From a bacterium (lineage in GTDB: Bacteria > Zhuqueibacterota > Zhuqueibacteria > Residuimicrobiales > Residuimicrobiaceae): a stretch of 64,000 bases of DNA. This document shows positions 29,025 to 38,887 of the stretch, in pieces. Each line of letters starts with the position of its first letter. The first letter of the stretch is position 1. The position numbers and the translations under genes were made by a program. The stretch lies in the NCBI GenBank assembly GCA_036788095.1, contig DAIQOA010000001.1:3948-67947 (forward strand), given 5' to 3'. The notes beneath the pieces are model-generated. The model was given only the letters and a program-made list of their open reading frames with translations, ran no database searches and was not told where the DNA came from.

Positions 29025-29071
29025 GAGCTGTCCTTCGTAATCGCTGCAACAGGGCAGGCTCTTTTTTTTCA
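29025..29071 (+). terminator. possible rho-independent terminator after the ssb-like gene
   Basis: GAGCTGTCC...GGGCAGGCTC imperfect 9-bp stem (one bulge, G·U pairs) followed by TTTTTTTT (29064-29071). Confidence 0.35.
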
Positions 29072-29115
29072 CTCGCAAGGTCGGACTGATCCAGGGTTTT
29101 TCAGTCAGGTGTTGC

Positions 29116-31728
29116 TCAATACCCCAGCACGCTGCCGGCGCCGCCGCGTTTTTCCAGCTTGATATCCCGCAGAGTGGGCGACTTGACGCTGAGGCGAAAA
29201 TAGATCCGCTTGCTTATTCCTGACGGCACCCAATCCACCTGCGCCTCCCAGCAATGCAAATCCCGATAAAACGCGAACCGATGATAGGCGATCTGCTGTT
29301 TTTCCAGATCATAATGCGCGCTGTAGTTGATGCGCCAGTTCTTGGTCAGACTTATTTCCGCGCCCGAGATATCCAGATAGTATCGTTTCACGGCACTCGC
29401 CGGATTTGATTTGTCCAGAAAAAAATTAAACGTCATGTTCAAGCGCCAGGGGATGTTCAGCCCTTGATACACCCCTTCATCATAAAACCGGTTATTGCCG
29501 CGCCGGGAGCTCTCTTCCAGAACCGACAGATCCTTCGGACGCAGAGGCTCCTCCGGGTTTTCATAGTTTTCGTCGTATCCCTGCAGGGTTTCGGGCCGCT
29601 CGGCGCCGGCAGAGCCCTTGCCCTCCAATCGCAGGGAGAAATTCAGGTTCAGGGAGGTGAAGCGCAGATAATTCCACGGCTGCCAGGGTGAATCCTCCAA
29701 TAGATAACGGTTGACGCGTTGCCGGGCTTGGTGATCCCAGCCGTAGAAAGAGTGGCCGGTGCCGGCGGAGAGGCTGAAATTGCGCGCCGGATTCGCCTGC
29801 CAGGTGGTGCGCAGATCGGACAAGCGGTATTGCGTGGCTTTGAAATTGTATCCGGTGCTGAAATCCATGGTGAACAGATCGATTTTTTTCTCTTTTTCCG
29901 CCACCCCTTTTTTCATCTGAAACAGGTTGCGCACGCTGAGGCTGACCATCTGCGAGCCGTAGGCAGAGGTGCCGCGGAAGCGGTCGCGCTTGACCGTCTC
30001 ACCCTTTGCGTCGGTCACTGTCTGAAAATAGCCCCAGCCTGAAGTGGAGAAATCCGGTACATAGTTGAACGAGAGCGATGGGGTGACCACATGGCGGATC
30101 ATCTGGATATCGCCGATGCCCGGAGCCAGCACGCCGTAGATCTTGGTGGAGGCCGAGGCGCCGTAGCTGAAAGTGTGGCGGGCGGCAAACCCGGACTTTT
30201 CTCTGCTTTCAATCTGACCGGTCTCCTGGTTCAGTTCGTACTCGTTGGTGCGATCGAACCAGTCCTCCGACAGGCTCAACGATTGGTTGAGCGACAGCAT
30301 GCCGAAATATTTTTTCGGACTGGTCAGCGACAGATCCAGGTCGTGGTTGAGCTGGCGATCGGTTTCGCTCTGTTTTGAAAAAAGCTCGCCGCCGGTCTGC
30401 AGATATTCCCGGGTGGTGCTGTAGAAATTGGAGCCGTAGGAATAATAAAAAGAGTGGTACCATTTTTCACTGCGGCGACGGCCCTTGCCCGCTCTGGGAT
30501 TAAAAAGCTGGCTTTGACTCTTGCGGAAGGTCAGCTGCGGCAGCGTGGTGGTGGTGACATCGTCCTCGAGATCGCGGACTTGTGAGGCGTTGACGCTCAG
30601 ACTGAGCTTGTGCTGCGGCCAGGATTTAGAAAAGGTGGCGTTGGAGCGCAACTCGCGCGTCAACCGCGTCGACAGGTTGGTGGACAGATCCTGGTAAAAA
30701 CTTTTATCGCTGACAAAATAGCCGTTGGCGCTGAAACGGGTGTTGGGGTCGAACTCTTGGCTGTGGCGTACGGTCAAATCCCAGCGCCGTTCTTTTTCCG
30801 CATCGCCAAAGTTTTTTCTGGTGAGAGAGCCGTTGATGCTGCCGTTCAACAGGTAACGAACCGCATAGTTGAGGCCTCCGTCGACCAGCCAGCCGGATTT
30901 CTCGAAAAAATCGACGGTGGCGCGGGCATCCCAGTAATGGCTGGCCGCCCAATAGTAGCCCAGGCCGCGCAGATAGCGACCTTCACGGGTGCTTTCGCCG
31001 TAGCGGGGTATGATCAGCCCCGAGTGCCGGCCGGATTGGGTGGGAAAAAAAGCGAACGGCAGCGCGGCGACCGGAATGTGGCCGAGAAACAGGACAATGG
31101 GTTTGGCGATCACCCGGTCGTTGACGAGCATTTTCAACCGCCGGGCGCTAAAGTGGAAATGGGGGTTGGAATCCAGATCGCAGGTGGTAAAGGAGGCGTT
31201 GGACACGTTAAAGGTTTTTTTCGCCACCATCTTGATCTGCTCGCCCACATATTGGCCGTCTTCCATCCGGGTGCGGCCGCGGACCACCACGCCCTTGTCG
31301 GTTTTATAGTTAAAGATCATTTTGACGCCGGTCATCTGCGTACCGCCCTGGATCAAAACCGGATCGCCCTGGCTGCGGATGACCTGCGTCGAATCCGGGG
31401 AGCCGGCGGTTTTTTCCCATACCGTGTCCGGCACTCCTTCCGCGGTCACCAGATTGTCGTTGAAATCGATGCGAATCTGCGCCGCCCGCAGGGTCATATC
31501 CTTGTAGCTGACCACGGCGTTGCCGCGGAAATAGCTGGTGCGTTCCCTGACGTAATTGTCGATTTCTATCGCATCGTATTTGATCGAGGTGTCGATCTCG
31601 GAGGTCTTGAGCTTGGGCGATACCGCTGCGCGGCTGCTGTCGACACGGCTGGTGTCCGCAGCAGAGGCGTAGACCGCACTGCAGCCCACCAGGATCCACT
31701 GGAATGATTTTAAAAGATGGCTTCTCAC
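29116..31728 (-). CDS. lptD: LptD/OstA-family outer-membrane protein (LPS-assembly-protein-like, large FCB-type)
   Basis: OstA-like N-domain 'YDAIEIDNYVRERTSYFRGNAVVSYKDMTLRAAQIRIDFNDNLVTAEG'. Long β-rich C-terminal region. The start is assigned to GTG 31728 (V/MRSHLLKSFQWILVGCSAVYASA signal peptide); the ORF caller extends to 31917 through a basic, non-signal-like segment. Confidence 0.65.
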   Translation of the reverse strand: MRSHLLKSFQWILVGCSAVYASAADTSRVDSSRAAVSPKLKTSEIDTSIKYDAIEIDNYVRERTSYFRGNAVVSYKDMTLRAAQIRIDFNDNLVTAEGVPDTVWEKTAGSPDSTQVIRSQGDPVLIQGGTQMTGVKMIFNYKTDKGVVVRGRTRMEDGQYVGEQIKMVAKKTFNVSNASFTTCDLDSNPHFHFSARRLKMLVNDRVIAKPIVLFLGHIPVAALPFAFFPTQSGRHSGLIIPRYGESTREGRYLRGLGYYWAASHYWDARATVDFFEKSGWLVDGGLNYAVRYLLNGSINGSLTRKNFGDAEKERRWDLTVRHSQEFDPNTRFSANGYFVSDKSFYQDLSTNLSTRLTRELRSNATFSKSWPQHKLSLSVNASQVRDLEDDVTTTTLPQLTFRKSQSQLFNPRAGKGRRRSEKWYHSFYYSYGSNFYSTTREYLQTGGELFSKQSETDRQLNHDLDLSLTSPKKYFGMLSLNQSLSLSEDWFDRTNEYELNQETGQIESREKSGFAARHTFSYGASASTKIYGVLAPGIGDIQMIRHVVTPSLSFNYVPDFSTSGWGYFQTVTDAKGETVKRDRFRGTSAYGSQMVSLSVRNLFQMKKGVAEKEKKIDLFTMDFSTGYNFKATQYRLSDLRTTWQANPARNFSLSAGTGHSFYGWDHQARQRVNRYLLEDSPWQPWNYLRFTSLNLNFSLRLEGKGSAGAERPETLQGYDENYENPEEPLRPKDLSVLEESSRRGNNRFYDEGVYQGLNIPWRLNMTFNFFLDKSNPASAVKRYYLDISGAEISLTKNWRINYSAHYDLEKQQIAYHRFAFYRDLHCWEAQVDWVPSGISKRIYFRLSVKSPTLRDIKLEKRGGAGSVLGY

Positions 31729-31753
31729 GGGAATGATAGCGGCGCCTTGACGT

Positions 31754-33073
31754 TCATCGTTTTTTCTTCGGCCACAGCATCTGCAGACGTTCTTTGATTT
31801 TTTTTTCGATGCCGTTTTCCGTGGGATGGTAAAAAATCTGTTCTTGGGCCTCTTTCGGCAGATACGCCTGGTCGACGAATCCGCCGAAATCGTGCGGATA
31901 CCGGTAACCGTCGGCATATCCCATGTTCTTCATCAGGGTTGTCGGCGCATTGCGCAGATGCAACGGCACCTGTTCCGGCGTGTGGGCCCGTACCTGGTTC
32001 AGCGCCGCTTCCACCGCCAGATAAGAGGCGTTGCTTTTAGGCGCGCAGGCCAGATAAACCGTGGCCTGGGCCAGGGTGATGCGCGCCTCGGGCATGCCCA
32101 GATAATGGACCGCGGTGAACGCGCTCGTCGCCACCATCAACGCATGCGGGTCCGCGTTGCCCACATCCTCCGAAGCGAGGATCAGCAGACGGCGGGCGAT
32201 GAACAGCGGATCTTCGCCGCCGTCCAGCATCACCGCCAGCCAGTAGACCGCAGCATCCGGATCAGAGCCGCGAACGCTCTTGATGAAAGCGGAGATGGTG
32301 TCGTAATGGTACTCGCCCTTTTTATCGTACAGCCGGCTGCGCCGCTGCAGCGCTTCTTCGATCGACCCGCGGTCGATGGTGCGCACGCCCTGTTCGTCCG
32401 GCTGCACCAATTGTGCGGCCAACTCCAGACCGTTGAGCATCACCCGCGCATCCCCGCCGGCAAGCTTTAACAGAATCTGCCGCGCTTCCTCCTCGATCCG
32501 CACGTTCCAATCCTGCAGCCGGCTGTCGCCGGCCAGGGCACGATCGAAGATCAGCCCCAAATCCTCTACGGACAACGGCTCCAGCTTGTAGACGCGGCAG
32601 CGGGAGAGCAACGCAGAGATCACCTCAAAGCTGGGATTTTCGGTGGTGGCACCGATGAGGACAATGGTACCGTCTTCGACCGAATGCAACAGGGCGTCCT
32701 GTTGCGACTTGTTGAAGCGATGAATCTCGTCGATGAACAGAATGGTGCGCGAGCCGGCCTGGCGGCCCTGCTGCGCTTCGGCGATCACCTTACGAAGGTC
32801 AGCCACGCCGGAAGTGACGGCGCTCAGGCTGAAATAGTGTGAACGCGTTTCATGGGCGATCAGTCTGGCCAGAGTGGTTTTGCCGGTGCCGGGCGGCCCC
32901 CAGAGGATCATTGAAACCAGTTGATCGTCCTCGATGGCGCGGCGCAGCGCTTTGCCCGAACCCAAAAGATGCCCCTGACCCACCAGCTCATCCAGCCGCT
33001 GCGGTCTGACGCGATCGGCAAGCGGACGATAGGACTCGACCGGTTTGCCGGATTCTGTATGTGTGTTGGCCAT
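31754..33073 (-). CDS. rarA: replication-associated recombination protein A (MgsA/RarA AAA+ ATPase)
   Basis: Walker A 'GPPGTGKTT', Walker B '[10 protein letters not shown]', sensor/arginine-finger region, and the C-terminal MgsA helical domain '[15 protein letters not shown]'. Confidence 0.9.
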   Translation of the reverse strand: MANTHTESGKPVESYRPLADRVRPQRLDELVGQGHLLGSGKALRRAIEDDQLVSMILWGPPGTGKTTLARLIAHETRSHYFSLSAVTSGVADLRKVIAEAQQGRQAGSRTILFIDEIHRFNKSQQDALLHSVEDGTIVLIGATTENPSFEVISALLSRCRVYKLEPLSVEDLGLIFDRALAGDSRLQDWNVRIEEEARQILLKLAGGDARVMLNGLELAAQLVQPDEQGVRTIDRGSIEEALQRRSRLYDKKGEYHYDTISAFIKSVRGSDPDAAVYWLAVMLDGGEDPLFIARRLLILASEDVGNADPHALMVATSAFTAVHYLGMPEARITLAQATVYLACAPKSNASYLAVEAALNQVRAHTPEQVPLHLRNAPTTLMKNMGYADGYRYPHDFGGFVDQAYLPKEAQEQIFYHPTENGIEKKIKERLQMLWPKKKR

Positions 33074-33114
33074 GGCGCCGCCGCTCGGTTTCGATTTAAA
33101 TATCCATCAGGTAA

Positions 33115-33143
33115 AATTTAGCAAAATTTGCACCTATTTGCAA
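33115..33143 (-). promoter_or_regulatory. putative rarA promoter (-35 TTGCAA, 17 nt, -10 TAAATT on the minus strand)
   Basis: Plus strand shows aattta (33115-33120) and ttgcaa (33138-33143), which read TTGCAA-N17-TAAATT on the minus strand, 42 nt upstream of the rarA ATG. Confidence 0.35.
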
Positions 33144-33165
33144 GGCGATAAAAGCGGGCGGCTAT

Positions 33166-33203
33166 GGCAAAAGCCCGCGGGGGAGGTACCGCGGGCTTTT
33201 GCC
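33166..33203. repeat. perfect 15-bp inverted repeat GGCAAAAGCCCGCGG-(gggaggta)-CCGCGGGCTTTTGCC
   Basis: Exact reverse complement arms with an 8-nt loop. Located between the rarA promoter and the AT-rich islet. No flanking U-tract. Confidence 0.6.
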
Positions 33204-33356
33204 AGGAATGGGGGAGCGGTTTTCCGCAGGAGACGCGGCCGTTAAGCCGACGATGAAAAACAACCGCCGGCCCTGCCTCTGGTCGCTACCACTTGAGAGC
33301 AGGGCGACGCCAGGGCGCCTCGGATCATGATGGAAAAAGTTTCAGTCGGAGCTGTT

Positions 33357-33614
33357 TTACGGCTTGCGAAACAGTCTCAGCTGCCTGCTTATTCCGAAAA
33401 GGGGTATCACGGAGAACAGTAACTCCTTAAGAGAAATTTTCAGATAGCGGCTGCGTAAAATCAGTATGATTGGAATATAGACACAGATTGCCAAAAATTT
33501 GTACTCAATTGAATCGAACCACTGCACCCGAAACCAGCGGTCGATCAGCAGCAGGGCCAGACCGGTAATAAAGGGGGCGCCGAACACCATGAACAAAAAC
33601 AGATTACGGTTCAT
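33357..33614 (-). CDS. hypothetical small membrane protein (85 aa, 2-3 TM helices) at the edge of the AT-rich islet
   Basis: MNRNLFLFMVFGAPFITGLALLLI... has strongly hydrophobic segments. Weak support beyond ORF integrity. Confidence 0.35.
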   Translation of the reverse strand: MNRNLFLFMVFGAPFITGLALLLIDRWFRVQWFDSIEYKFLAICVYIPIILILRSRYLKISLKELLFSVIPLFGISRQLRLFRKP

Positions 33615-33847
33615 AAGGCAAGGCTCTTTTTCAAGTTCGGGGTTAAAAGGTTGTCATTTTATACTCTTGCTGATTAAAAAGGTAGTGTCACGTTTTTTAA
33701 ACTACTTTCAGCAAAGTACTTGCACCGACAATATATCACTTGTATTATTTTCTAACTCCCCTCATTAATTTATAGGATCCAGCCAACAAATGGGCAGCCG
33801 ATCAACCGCCAAGTTCGCCAAGAGCGCCGAGAAGAATTCAAATGATT

Positions 33848-34237
33848 TTAATCGTTCTCGCCATAATTATTGACATATCTTTTCAAACCCTCTTTTAAAC
33901 GAGAAACATTAAAATTAATCAGCAAGCCGACACGCTTATCTGAAAGTTTTAAATAGTTAATAATCTGTGCTTGATCAATCTCTGTTGTTTTTTTCACAGA
34001 TTTACATTCTACTATTATCTGATCATCCACCAAAAAATCACATCTATATCCAATATCTAGTAGAATATTTCCATAATGAATCGGTAGTCCTTTCTCTTTT
34101 TCAAAAGGAATCTTGGCATTCTGCAATTCATACGCCAAAGCAGCTTGGTAGACTGATTCTAATAAGCCGGGACCGAGTCGGCGATGAATTTTTATGGCCA
34201 AACCGATTATGATATTTGATAATTCATCGAGCTTCAT
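33848..34237 (-). CDS. GxxExxY-family protein (PD-(D/E)XK nuclease superfamily)
   Basis: 129 aa. 'IIGLAIKIHRRLGPGLLESVYQAALAYEL' (G-x-x-E-x-x-Y), then 'RCDFLVDDQIIVECK' (D...E-x-K catalytic-like motif). The gene is AT-rich (~35% GC) in a ~60% GC background. Confidence 0.7.
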   Translation of the reverse strand: MKLDELSNIIIGLAIKIHRRLGPGLLESVYQAALAYELQNAKIPFEKEKGLPIHYGNILLDIGYRCDFLVDDQIIVECKSVKKTTEIDQAQIINYLKLSDKRVGLLINFNVSRLKEGLKRYVNNYGEND

Positions 34238-34548
34238 TTTTCATCAAGTTTATCATTCCCTCTGCGTTGCTTTGCGTTTTCTCTGCGGTTAAATAAGGCA
34301 CGCATGATGCGAAAAATCTTTATTTAGCATAAAGTCTTCCAAGGGCACAGTCCTTTTCCTTGAAAAACTGAATTAATAAAAAAGGTAAACGCAGAGCGGC
34401 GACCGAATACATTGGAGAATAACGCCGGGAACCCTGTTCACTTTTTCTTCAGAATGGCGTTTGCCCATATTTATACAAACCCCGTGATCCTGTCAAGGGA
34501 CAAAATCGCCACAGCGGGCCAACGCTCTTGGTCGGATGGATTTTTTTC

Positions 34549-34577
34549 TTGAATATGTCCGCTAATTATCCTATTAT
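34549..34577 (+). promoter_or_regulatory. putative promoter (-35 TTGAAT, 17 nt, -10 TATTAT) for the DAACS symporter gene
   Basis: TTGAAT at 34549-34554, a 17-nt spacer, and TATTAT at 34572-34577. The GTG start at 34603 gives a short leader. Confidence 0.4.
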
Positions 34578-34602
34578 CTATGAATTAACATAAAGAAAAG
34601 CC

Positions 34603-35922
34603 GTGGCGCATCAACCCAAATTACACGAAAAAATATTCCTTGGCCTGATCATCGGCAGCCTGGCCGGCCTGATCGTTCAATACTCCGGTCTTTCCCAGGA
34701 AACGATACAAACGCTCACCGTTTTTATCAAACCGGTGGGCGATATCTTTTTGCGCATGATCTTTATGATGGTCATCCCGCTTATTCTCAGCGCGCTGTCC
34801 CTGGGAGTGGCGGATCTGGGCGATGTGAGCCGCATCGGCAAGATCGGATTGCGCACCCTTGGCTACACCTTGATCGTCTCGGCGATCTCGGTGATCATCG
34901 GCATTGCGCTGGTGACGCTGTTCAAACCCGGCGAGGCCCTGTCCACCGACGATCGCACCATGCTGATCGAGCGTTTTGCCGGCAGCACGCAGATGCTGAA
35001 TCAGGCGGTGGCTGAGGTCAAGAGCCGGTCCGTCTCTGAAGTGATCACCTCTCTGGTGCCGAAAAACCCGATTGAGGACATGGCCCGTGCCTTTGATCCA
35101 TCGTACCGCGGCGGTGGGATTCTGGCGATCATGTTTTTCAGCCTGATGATCGGAATCGCCCTGTCCTCCTGCCATCAACGCAAGACCGCGGTTCTAAAAC
35201 AGTCGCTGGAAGGGTTGTATGAGATCACCATGAAAGTGATCTCCATCGCCATGCGCCTGGCGCCCTACGGCGTGGCGGCGATGTTGTTCAACCTGACCGC
35301 CACCATGGGCTTTTCCATCCTGCTGGTGCTGTTGCGTTTTGTGTTGGTGGTCCTGGCCGGTCTGCTGATCCATCAGTTCATCACCTACTCGTTGCTGCTG
35401 AAATATCTCGGCAAAATGAGCCCGGGATTTTTTTTCCGCAACATCCGTGAGGTGATGCTGATGGCTTTTTCCACCAGCTCCAGCAACGCCACGCTGCCCA
35501 CCACCATCCGCGTCACGGTTGAAAACCTGAAAATACCTCCTGACATCGCCCGGTTTGTGCTCACCTTGGGCAGCACGGCAAACCAGAATGGCACCGCGCT
35601 CTACGAAGGCGTTACGGTGCTGTTCCTGGCCCAGTGTTTCGGCGTACACCTGGCGTGGTCGCAACAGATCTTTGTGGTGGTGTTGGCGATTCTGGCCGGC
35701 GTCGGCACAGCCGGCGTACCCAGCGGATCGCTGCCGATCATCATGATCATCCTCATCACCATCGGTGTGCCCGCCGAGGCCATCGGTATTATCTACGGCG
35801 TGGATCGTATTCTGGACATGTGCCGTACGGTGTTGAATGTGACCGGCGATGTTACTGCCGCCGTGTATGTCAGCCGGTATGAAGAAACGCTGTCGGCCGC
35901 CGGGGAAGATGGGTGCGGATGA
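34603..35922 (+). CDS. dicarboxylate/amino acid:cation (Na+/H+) symporter, DAACS family (GltP/GltT-like)
   Basis: 439 aa from a GTG start. Conserved DAACS segments 'STSSSNATLPTT' and 'GVPSGSLPIIMIIL...NVTGDVT'. Confidence 0.8.
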   Translation: MAHQPKLHEKIFLGLIIGSLAGLIVQYSGLSQETIQTLTVFIKPVGDIFLRMIFMMVIPLILSALSLGVADLGDVSRIGKIGLRTLGYTLIVSAISVIIGIALVTLFKPGEALSTDDRTMLIERFAGSTQMLNQAVAEVKSRSVSEVITSLVPKNPIEDMARAFDPSYRGGGILAIMFFSLMIGIALSSCHQRKTAVLKQSLEGLYEITMKVISIAMRLAPYGVAAMLFNLTATMGFSILLVLLRFVLVVLAGLLIHQFITYSLLLKYLGKMSPGFFFRNIREVMLMAFSTSSSNATLPTTIRVTVENLKIPPDIARFVLTLGSTANQNGTALYEGVTVLFLAQCFGVHLAWSQQIFVVVLAILAGVGTAGVPSGSLPIIMIILITIGVPAEAIGIIYGVDRILDMCRTVLNVTGDVTAAVYVSRYEETLSAAGEDGCG

Positions 35923-36341
35923 AGGGCGGAAGCCTGAAAAGAGGAGTGAGTTTGGCCGTCGGCGCGATGTGCGTGCTGCTCGGGGGTGCGGGGATTTTTA
36001 TCCCGCTGCTGCCGACCACCCCCTTCCTTTTGCTCGCTGCCTGGCTCTTTATGCACAACTCGCCCACCTGGCACACCTGGCTGATGAATCAGCGCTGGTT
36101 GAGCGTTTACATCGTCGATTATCAGCAGGGTTTCGGTCTCCCTCTGCGCGTCAAGATCCGCATGTTGATTCTACTCTGGGCGGCGATGACGCTCAGCGCG
36201 TTCGCCTTTGTCTCTTCCTGGTGGATCAGAGGGGGGCTGTATGGGATCGCCGTCGCGGTGACGGTCCATATCCTTCGCTTAAAAACTCGAGACAATAGAC
36301 CACGGAACACACGAAATGACCAGGCCAGACGACAGCATTGA
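35919..36341 (+). CDS. YbaN/DUF454-family inner-membrane protein
   Basis: 'GGAGIFIPLLPTTPFLLLAAWLFMHNSP...W' matches the YbaN signature. Overlaps the upstream stop by 4 nt. Confidence 0.6.
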   Translation: MKGGSLKRGVSLAVGAMCVLLGGAGIFIPLLPTTPFLLLAAWLFMHNSPTWHTWLMNQRWLSVYIVDYQQGFGLPLRVKIRMLILLWAAMTLSAFAFVSSWWIRGGLYGIAVAVTVHILRLKTRDNRPRNTRNDQARRQH

Positions 36342-36418
36342 AATCTTTTCGTGCGTTCCGCTCATCTCGTTGTTGGTTTTAGTTATTAACAAGATCTTTA
36401 TGAAACGGAGTGGAGTGC

Positions 36419-37921
36419 ATGAAGGATCAGCTGTTTACCCGTAAACCGCTTTGGCTTTTGCTGGAGGAATTAAAAGGAGAGAACCGGCTGCGCCGGGTGC
36501 TGGGACCGGTGCACCTGACCAGTCTGGGCGTCGGCGCGATTATCGGCACCGGCATCTTTGTGCTCACCGGCGTCGCCGCGCACGACAAAGCCGGCCCGGC
36601 TCTGGTGCTCTCGTTCGTCATCGCGGGCATCGCCTGCATCTTTGCCGCGCTCTGTTATGCCGAGTTCGCCTCCATGGTGCCGGTAGCCGGTTCGGCTTAC
36701 ACCTACGCCTACGCCACTCTCGGCGAGTTGTTCGCCTGGATCATCGGCTGGGATCTGGTGTTGGAATACACGGTCGCTTCGGCCGCGGTGGCGCACGGCT
36801 GGTCGGCTCATTTCCAGGATTTTATCGGCAGCTTTGGTTTGAAACTACCACACCGATGGACTACGCCGCCGTTTGATTTTGATCCGGCGACGGGACAATT
36901 TCTCGCCACCGGCGCCCATCTGGATCTCATCGCCGTGGCTATCACCGCCATCATCACCATCATTCTGGTTAAAGGCATTCGCGAGAGCGCTAATTTCAAC
37001 TCGGGCATGGTCGTCGTCAAACTGGCGATCGTTCTGTTTGTCATTGCCGCCGGGGCGTTTTATTTTGATGCGCAGAACCTCAAACCTTTCGCCCCCTATG
37101 GGTATTCCGGCTTGAGCTTCTTCGGCCATACCATCCTGGGACAGAGCGGACCGGGCGGTGAACCGCTGGGCGTTCTCGCCGGCGCGGCCATTATCTTTTT
37201 CGCCTACATCGGATTTGACTCGGTTTCCACCCACGCGGAAGAGGCCCGCCGACCCAATCGCGATGTGCCCATCGGCATCATCGCCTCGTTGATCATCTGC
37301 ACCGTGTTGTACATCGCCGTAGCGCTGGTGCTCTCCGGCATGGTGCCCTACGATCAGATCGACATCCACGCACCGGTGGCCAATGCCTTCAAGCAGAGGG
37401 GGCTCTACTACTCGCAACGCGTCATCGATATCGGTGCGCTCACCGGCATCACCTCGGTGCTGCTGGTGATGATGTTGAGCCAGCCGCGCGTGCTTTTGGC
37501 CATGGCCCGTGACGGCCTGTTGTCGCAAAAATTTTTCGGCGCCATTCACGACCGGTTTCGCACGCCGTGGAAATCCACCCTGATGACCGGCGTGGTGGTG
37601 GCGGCGCTCTCCTCGCTGATTCCCCTGCGCATTCTGGCCGATCTCACCAACATCGGCACGCTGCTGGCCTTTGTGATCGTTTGTTCGGCGGTGCTGATCA
37701 TGCGCAAAACACATCCGGAGGCGGACCGGCCGTTTCGCGTGCCCTATGCTCCGCTCACCCCGATCCTGGGCATTCTGTTTTGCCTGGTGCTGATGTTCTC
37801 ACTGCCGTCGGAAAACTGGTTCCGTCTGCTGGTGTGGCTGCTCATCGGTTTCGCGATTTATTTCGGATATGGCCGGCGGCACAGCGTATTGGAAAAGATG
37901 CGGCGGCAGGGCAAACTGTGA
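36419..37921 (+). CDS. APC-superfamily amino acid permease (cationic amino acid transporter-like)
   Basis: Start MKDQLFT with GGAGTGGAG RBS. 'LTSLGVGAIIGTGIFVLTG' is the APC consensus region; 12 TM architecture. Confidence 0.8.
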   Translation: MKDQLFTRKPLWLLLEELKGENRLRRVLGPVHLTSLGVGAIIGTGIFVLTGVAAHDKAGPALVLSFVIAGIACIFAALCYAEFASMVPVAGSAYTYAYATLGELFAWIIGWDLVLEYTVASAAVAHGWSAHFQDFIGSFGLKLPHRWTTPPFDFDPATGQFLATGAHLDLIAVAITAIITIILVKGIRESANFNSGMVVVKLAIVLFVIAAGAFYFDAQNLKPFAPYGYSGLSFFGHTILGQSGPGGEPLGVLAGAAIIFFAYIGFDSVSTHAEEARRPNRDVPIGIIASLIICTVLYIAVALVLSGMVPYDQIDIHAPVANAFKQRGLYYSQRVIDIGALTGITSVLLVMMLSQPRVLLAMARDGLLSQKFFGAIHDRFRTPWKSTLMTGVVVAALSSLIPLRILADLTNIGTLLAFVIVCSAVLIMRKTHPEADRPFRVPYAPLTPILGILFCLVLMFSLPSENWFRLLVWLLIGFAIYFGYGRRHSVLEKMRRQGKL

Positions 37922-37926
37922 TATGA

Positions 37927-37957
37927 AAAGAGGGTGGGCTGAATGCCCACCCTCTTT
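37927..37957. terminator. bidirectional rho-independent terminator (between the APC permease and the convergent isomerase gene)
   Basis: AAAGAGGGTGGGC tgaat GCCCACCCTCTTT gives a 13-bp perfect stem with A-run before and T-run after. Confidence 0.6.
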
Positions 37958-38035
37958 ATAACAACACCAACCTTTCACGGATTCATCGGGATCGGCCGCT
38001 GGAATCCAATCCAGCGGCCGCACAAAAGCACGGTC

Positions 38036-38887
38036 TCAGCCCGCCAGTTGATGCAGATGCTGATAGCTGCTCGCCACGGCATCCAGCACCGACCCCTCAC
38101 AGCGATCCTGCTCCACCACCAGCCACTGAGCGCCGGCTTGGCGGCCCGCCTCGATAATCCCCTTGATGTTCATCACGCCTTGACCCACCGGTGCAAAGGT
38201 ATGCGGTTCGCCGGCGGTCATGTCCTTCATGTGCAGCAGAGGACAACGGTTTTGCAGTTTTTTGATCAGCACGATGGGATCCAGCCCGGCATGCTGCACC
38301 CAGTAGGTGTCGATCTCCATCTTGACCAGTTCGGCATCGGTCCCTTGCAGCAGCTGATCAAAGATGGAAGGCCCGTCCGCGGTTTGAAATTCAAAGTCAT
38401 GGTTATGGTAGCACAGCTGCATTCCAGCTTGCTTGATTTTTTCTCCCGCCTGGTTCATGGCATCGGCAAACGCCGCAACGCCATCCACTCCTTTTTCGCG
38501 GAACTCGCTCGGCATCGAGGGGCAGATGATGTAGGGACTGGCGATGGCGGCGTTGAATGCGATGGTCGTGTCCACTGTCTCCGGCATCAAAGCGCCAAAG
38601 CCCTCATGAGTGCCGCAGCAGCGCAGATTCAACCGTTTCATCAGATCGCGCACCTGTAGCGCCGAAAGACCGCCATAGCCGGCAAACTCGACGGCGGGAT
38701 ATCCCAGGCCCGCGACTTTTTCCAAAGTGCCGGTAAAATCGTTCTGCATCAGATCGCGCAGGGTGTATAACTGGATGCCAATGCCAAGCTTTTTCTTTGT
38801 GCTGCATCCTGCGGCCAGGGTTGCCAAGGCGGTTGCCGCCAGCGTCCATCTGCCGAATTGTCGGCGGGAAACGGGTTCGTCAAACAT
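38036..38887 (-). CDS. Tat-exported sugar-phosphate isomerase/epimerase (xylose-isomerase-like TIM barrel) lipoprotein
   Basis: Start MFDEPVSRRQFGRWTLAATALATLAAGCS (twin-arginine + lipobox). TIM-barrel 'AP endonuclease 2/xylose isomerase-like' fold with 'CYHNHDFEF' metal-binding region. The ORF caller's start at 38941 is less likely. Confidence 0.65.
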   Translation of the reverse strand: MFDEPVSRRQFGRWTLAATALATLAAGCSTKKKLGIGIQLYTLRDLMQNDFTGTLEKVAGLGYPAVEFAGYGGLSALQVRDLMKRLNLRCCGTHEGFGALMPETVDTTIAFNAAIASPYIICPSMPSEFREKGVDGVAAFADAMNQAGEKIKQAGMQLCYHNHDFEFQTADGPSIFDQLLQGTDAELVKMEIDTYWVQHAGLDPIVLIKKLQNRCPLLHMKDMTAGEPHTFAPVGQGVMNIKGIIEAGRQAGAQWLVVEQDRCEGSVLDAVASSYQHLHQLAG

